A stretch of DNA of 10,985 nucleotides from Bdellovibrionota bacterium (GTDB taxonomy: Bacteria > Bdellovibrionota_C > UBA2361 > JBGSMV01): the NCBI GenBank assembly GCA_044356455.1, contig JBIKWF010000132.1:1-10985 (forward strand), in the 5' to 3' direction. Both the position numbers and the translations under genes were made by a program. Positions 7,083 through 10,985 of the stretch are shown piece by piece; position 1 is the first letter of the stretch; every line of letters begins with the position of its first letter. The notes below the pieces were generated by a model. It did no database searches. It had not been told where the DNA came from and saw only the letters and a list, made by a program, of their open reading frames with translations.

Positions 7083-7870
7083 GCGTGTCTCTCCGTGGGA
7101 TGAGTGTCGGCCTCTTCGCCGCGCGACAGAAATGCACGAACGGTGGCGTCGCTGGTTGAGGCCAGCAGCTCGCGGGGATTCCCGTGAGCTCTGATCGTCT
7201 TTAGTTCCGGATCCAAGAAGATGGAGTTCGTTCCCACCTTAAAGATACTAGGCAGATCATGCGTAACTATGACAAACGTGGTTCCTAGCGCCTTGCCCAA
7301 TTGCAAGATGAGTTCATCTAGATTCTTAGCGCTAATTGGATCAAGGCCTGCGGATGGCTCATCAAGGAAAAGAACTTCAGGCTCAAGTGCCATGGCGCGT
7401 GCGAGGGCCGCACGCTTACGCATTCCACCAGAAATCTCAGAGGGATAGTAATCCTCGAAACCATTCAGCCCCACGAGCGAAAGTTTGAGAGAGGCCAGCT
7501 CTCGAATGCGCTTGCCGGGGAGTGCAGTGTACTCCTCAAGCGGCAGTGCGATATTTTCGGCAAGAGTCATAGAACTCCAGAGCGCTCCCGACTGATAAAG
7601 AACGCCGACGTGTTGGAGTACGGCTCGATTCTCGGCGGCTGTTGCATCACTCCAAAGATCAAGGCCCTTAATCTTAATCAATCCTTTGGCAGGGCGGTTT
7701 AGCCCGACAAGATGCCGTAAAAGCGTGCTTTTCCCACAGCCGCTCCCTCCCATAATGATGAAGACTTCGCCTCGCCTCACCGTAAAGTTGAGGTCTCGCT
7801 GAATGACAAAGCTCCCGTATGCCATGGTGAGGTCTTGTACCTCAATGAGAACGTCAGAAGTATCCATCAT
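7079..7870 (-). CDS. mlaF: MlaF-family ABC transporter ATP-binding protein
   Basis: Walker A GGSGCGKS, Q-loop LYQSGALW, signature ISGGMRKR, Walker B LFLDEPSAGLDP, H-loop VTHD. ATG at 7870 overlaps the permease stop (TGATG); the ORF-track start at 7873 is a TTG. Confidence 0.95.
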   Translation of the reverse strand: MMDTSDVLIEVQDLTMAYGSFVIQRDLNFTVRRGEVFIIMGGSGCGKSTLLRHLVGLNRPAKGLIKIKGLDLWSDATAAENRAVLQHVGVLYQSGALWSSMTLAENIALPLEEYTALPGKRIRELASLKLSLVGLNGFEDYYPSEISGGMRKRAALARAMALEPEVLFLDEPSAGLDPISAKNLDELILQLGKALGTTFVIVTHDLPSIFKVGTNSIFLDPELKTIRAHGNPRELLASTSDATVRAFLSRGEEADTHPTERHA

Positions 7871-9012
7871 CAAATTCCCAAGAGACTCGCAAGCAGGGCA
7901 AAGACCGCATCAGCAACCACGATGAGTACAATCCCCGTAACAACGGCGGAGGTGGTCGCGTTTCCCACCGCAATTGAGTCACGCCCTGAGTGAATACCTC
8001 GCATGCATCCAGAGAGCGCCACTAGAATTCCAAACACCACACTCTTCGTCAGACCGAGTAGAAAGTCGTTAAGAGTCAATGCACCCATAGTTTGCTCCCA
8101 GAAGAGCAGAGGAGATATTTGCACTACGGAAAAGGTAACAATTGCGCCGCCAAGAATTCCAAGTATGTCGGCATAGGCGCAGAGCAAAGGGGTCATAAGG
8201 AAAAGTGCAAGCACCCGGGGCATCACTAGAAAGTCTATGGGCGAAACTCCAAAGGTCTTAAGGGCATCGATTTCCTCGTTCGCCTGCATCGCGCCTAATT
8301 CTGCTGCGTATGCGGCTCCGGTTCTCCCGGCAAGGATTATTCCCACCATAATGGGGCCCATCTCGCGCGTCATTCCTACCGCGACAAGATTTGCGATGTA
8401 GATTTGCGCTCCAAACTGAACGAGCTGGACGGACCCTATGAACGCCAAAATAATTCCCACAAGCACGCTGATGAGGGTAACTATAGGAAAAGCGTCTGGG
8501 CCCGCGCGCTGAATCGCAAAGAGCAGGGCCTTGAGACGCATACGCGAGCTGCCAACGCAGAGCCGCGCGCAGCCTAACGCGAAATCTCCAATGAAGGTGA
8601 TTACTGCGAGCGTGTGCCGATAGAGTATGAGGGTCTTTTCGCCCAGTTCTTCAATGAAGCCTCTTCTTTTCGGGCAACGCGAGGCGCCTTCGCGCTCATC
8701 GACGGAGAAGGCAAGCTGCAGCAACGCGCGAACTTGAGCAGGAAGGTCGGAGTCAATTAGTGTGAAGCCCTTAGCATCAAGAAGTCGCTTCAAGTGCGTG
8801 AGGAACACGAGCAGGCCACTGTCCCATGCCTGGACGGAGCGGAGGGTAACCACTACCTTCGTGTTTTCTTGCATTCTCTTTGGAGCTTCGAGGACATACG
8901 TCTTGAGCACGTACTCTGCTGACGGCAGGTTCGAGTCAGTGCGCCATTCGCCGCCCAAAGCGAGAGCGACGGCTCCTTCGGGAGCGCCTATAGAATCGAT
9001 CTGCCACTTCAT
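7870..9012 (-). CDS. mlaE: MlaE-family ABC permease with N-terminal STAS (MlaB-like) domain, about 380 aa
   Basis: STAS-like LGGEW...VQAWDSGLLVFL; MlaE motifs REMGP, AGRTGAAYAAELGAMQANEEIDALKTFG, PRVLAL and VGNATTSAVV. The start is placed at ATG 9012 (MKWQID; ATG 9039 is an alternative). The extension to 9222 in the ORF track overlaps the divergent promoter and looks non-coding. Confidence 0.93.
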   Translation of the reverse strand: MKWQIDSIGAPEGAVALALGGEWRTDSNLPSAEYVLKTYVLEAPKRMQENTKVVVTLRSVQAWDSGLLVFLTHLKRLLDAKGFTLIDSDLPAQVRALLQLAFSVDEREGASRCPKRRGFIEELGEKTLILYRHTLAVITFIGDFALGCARLCVGSSRMRLKALLFAIQRAGPDAFPIVTLISVLVGIILAFIGSVQLVQFGAQIYIANLVAVGMTREMGPIMVGIILAGRTGAAYAAELGAMQANEEIDALKTFGVSPIDFLVMPRVLALFLMTPLLCAYADILGILGGAIVTFSVVQISPLLFWEQTMGALTLNDFLLGLTKSVVFGILVALSGCMRGIHSGRDSIAVGNATTSAVVTGIVLIVVADAVFALLASLLGI

Positions 9013-9173
9013 CAAGTTTCCAGGTTGCGAGGAAGTCATGCGACAAGGGCATGCTAGAGAATCCCTTCTCGCAAGTCGAGAGCGGATTCCTACCGGTTTG
9101 CTCCACGGCAGTCTTGGCGCACTTTTCACGGTGACTGTGAGACACCTTTCGCGGGAAACAGGCAGGAAGACGC

Positions 9174-9201
9174 TCAAGTCTATGGTTTTTTTTGCCGATA
9201 T
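9174..9201 (+). promoter_or_regulatory. Sigma28 (FliA/SigD)-type promoter for the chemoreceptor gene
   Basis: TCAA(G) at 9174-9178 and GCCGATAT at 9194-9201, with 16 nt between TCAA and the -10 box. This fits the consensus TAAA-N15/16-GCCGATAA/T and ends 58 nt upstream of an MCP, a classic sigma28 target. Confidence 0.75.
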
Positions 9202-9259
9202 CAAATTTGTACGGGTACGCATCTCATAGTTACTTGGCTGGGAAGGGGAGTTTTTTCAT

Positions 9260-10771
9260 ATGCGAAATTGGACGGTTGGCAAGAAGCTCCTTGCCCTTGG
9301 AACCTTCAATCTCTTGAACGTAATAGTCCTTGGCGCGATTGCGCAGTGGGGATTTCAGGGAGCACAGCAGGAGTTTCAGCGCAGCCTTGCAATGACGGCC
9401 GCCATACGCGGGGCTATGCAGGCAGACATGATGCACGATGCCATTAGAGGTGATGTGGCGTCCGCACTGCTTGGAGGAGAGGAGAGTGCGGCTGCCTCTG
9501 ACGAGTTCTCGGAGCATGCCGAGATTCTTAGTGATGAGATTGCAAAAATTACAGCCTTGTCTGACTACCCTGAGCTCGTTGCAGAATCTAAGAAAGTAAC
9601 CCCTGAGGCTCAGGCCTACCTGAATATAGCAAAGGATGTAATAGCCCTTGCGGCACAGGACCATGCTGCCGCAATGGCAAAGCGGCCCGAGTTCCAATCC
9701 GCCTTCAGTAACCTCGAAGGCGTCATGGAACAGCTAGGAGATGCCGTTGAGTCAAACGCAAAGCTTATTCAGACCGGAGGAGCCAAGAAGCTATCTGACT
9801 TTAGTCTCTTCCTTACTATTATATGCATCGCTTCTGCACTGGTGGGAGCTCTCGGTAGCTGGACGGTAGCGCGGCTGACGACCAAGCCCCTTGGCCGAGT
9901 CATGGAAGCGCTCTCCGATATGAGTACTCAGATGCGAGCAGGCGTCGAGCAGATATCTTCAACCAGTGAATCGGTGGCAGGTTCCGCCTGCAGCCAGGCA
10001 AGCGGGCTAGAGGAAACTGCAGCGGCCATTGAAGAACTTGCAGCCTCATCAAAACATAGCAGCGCCTCCTCGAGTGAAGCGCGAGGGCTCATCTTGGCGG
10101 TAGAAGCGGCTGCCTCAGGCGGCGTGGCCAAGATGAAGGAAATGGCCCAGGCAATTCTCGATATTAAATCCTCAGCTGAGGAAACGGCAGGCATCATTCG
10201 AACCATTGATGAAATCGCCTTCCAAACCAACCTTTTGGCACTCAACGCAGCGGTGGAAGCGGCTCGCGCAGGAGACGCTGGTAAGGGATTTGCCGTAGTA
10301 GCCGAAGAGGTGAGATCGCTCGCCCAGCGCAGTGGTACTGCTGCCCGGGATACGGCGGCTAAGATCCTTAGGTCTCAGGAACTCGCGGTGACTGGGGTAA
10401 AGGTTTCGGAGGAAGTAAAAGCAGCGCTCGAAACCATCAATGAGCGAGTAACCAAGTCTGCCTCTCTCATTTCAGAAATTTCGACTGGCAGCAACGAGCA
10501 GTCTAAGGCCGTGGCAGAAATCAACCGTGCGGTGACGGATCTCGACAAAGAAACCCAGGCGAATTCCGCCGCGTCTGAGGAGCTCGCAGCTGCAGCGAAG
10601 GAATTGCTGCATCAGAGCAGCTCTCTTGATACTGCAGTGGCGACGCTTGGTGAAATGGTTCACGGGGATGCGTCTAGTGCTGCTTTCCAAGGACGTTCAA
10701 GTGCTCCCGCAAAGTCGGCGCGCAAGGCACAGACCGTGCCGTTCGAAGATTTTCAATCTCTAGATGCCTAG
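9260..10771 (+). CDS. Methyl-accepting chemotaxis protein, 503 aa
   Basis: Two TM helices flank a helical periplasmic sensor ([12 protein letters not shown]); signalling tip [43 protein letters not shown]; methylation-type heptads [11 protein letters not shown] and [16 protein letters not shown] at 9245-9250. Confidence 0.96.
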   Translation: MRNWTVGKKLLALGTFNLLNVIVLGAIAQWGFQGAQQEFQRSLAMTAAIRGAMQADMMHDAIRGDVASALLGGEESAAASDEFSEHAEILSDEIAKITALSDYPELVAESKKVTPEAQAYLNIAKDVIALAAQDHAAAMAKRPEFQSAFSNLEGVMEQLGDAVESNAKLIQTGGAKKLSDFSLFLTIICIASALVGALGSWTVARLTTKPLGRVMEALSDMSTQMRAGVEQISSTSESVAGSACSQASGLEETAAAIEELAASSKHSSASSSEARGLILAVEAAASGGVAKMKEMAQAILDIKSSAEETAGIIRTIDEIAFQTNLLALNAAVEAARAGDAGKGFAVVAEEVRSLAQRSGTAARDTAAKILRSQELAVTGVKVSEEVKAALETINERVTKSASLISEISTGSNEQSKAVAEINRAVTDLDKETQANSAASEELAAAAKELLHQSSSLDTAVATLGEMVHGDASSAAFQGRSSAPAKSARKAQTVPFEDFQSLDA

Positions 10772-10787
10772 GGAACCTCTGAAAAAC
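10769..10787. mobile_element. Possible terminal inverted repeat of a MITE/IS-like element
   Basis: TA-GGGAACCTCTGAAAAAC begins within the MCP stop codon and resembles, from recollection, ends of non-autonomous IS5/IS1182-like elements. The partner end is not in the window. Confidence 0.35.
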
Positions 10788-10820
10788 CCCGAAAAGGAAC
10801 TTTTTTTGTCCTGTTTTCCC

Positions 10821-10890
10821 TCCGCGTACTCTGCGTACTCCGCGTTATTCAATAGTTCTCAAATAACGCGGAGGACACTGAGTACGCGGA
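10821..10890. repeat. 70-bp imperfect palindrome built of 9-bp units (REP-like)
   Basis: Outer TCCGCGTACTC (10821-10831) pairs with GAGTACGCGGA (10880-10890); inner CTCCGCGTTATT (10838-10849) pairs with AATAACGCGGAG (10862-10873); 12-nt loop. The left arm is TCCGCGTAC-TCTGCGTAC-TCCGCGTTA. Confidence 0.9.
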
Positions 10891-10985
10891 TCGCGACAAG
10901 ACTAAGCCGTAAGTGAAGGGAGATAAAGATGAAATAGACTTTGTTGTAAATTCACTGGAGTTATCGAGCTGGTGCGAATCCAGTC

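Noticed and set aside
9013..9222. N-terminal 70-aa extension of the permease in the ORF track
   Set aside because: Not family-like and overlaps the divergent sigma28 promoter; the shorter start gives a typical STAS-MlaE length.
8762..9697. ORFs 8762-9229 (+) and 9230-9697 (-), and the other antisense or alternate-frame ORFs inside glgP, the receptor, mlaD, mlaF and the MCP
   Set aside because: Shadow ORFs overlapping well-supported genes, with no motifs or credible translation signals.
10918..10937. SD-like GGGAG followed by ATG-AAA-TAG minigene
   Set aside because: Two-codon ORF with another in-frame stop soon after in purine-rich sequence; indistinguishable from chance.

Overview
This is a bacterial chromosomal window. 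In order it holds: the probable 3' end of an unknown + strand gene and a 16-bp hairpin; a small, strongly basic Gly/Arg-rich secreted protein (-); a compact alpha-glucan phosphorylase glgP (+); a convergent TonB-dependent receptor (-) under a clear TPP (thiamine pyrophosphate) riboswitch; a translationally coupled four-gene MlaE/MlaF/MlaD/PqiC-type ABC/MCE operon (-); and a divergent methyl-accepting chemotaxis protein (+) with a sigma28/FliA-type promoter, followed by a probable MITE/IS-like end and a 70-bp palindrome built from 9-bp units. The most unusual element is the roughly 410-nt spacer between the TPP aptamer and the receptor start. It is filled with hairpins and a 14-bp tandem repeat. 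It also carries a central switch segment (5189-5209) complementary both to the aptamer 3' strand about 190 nt upstream and to the Shine-Dalgarno/start region about 190 nt downstream, suggesting a very long-range translational expression platform. All pairings were found by eye; no folding or database searches were run.
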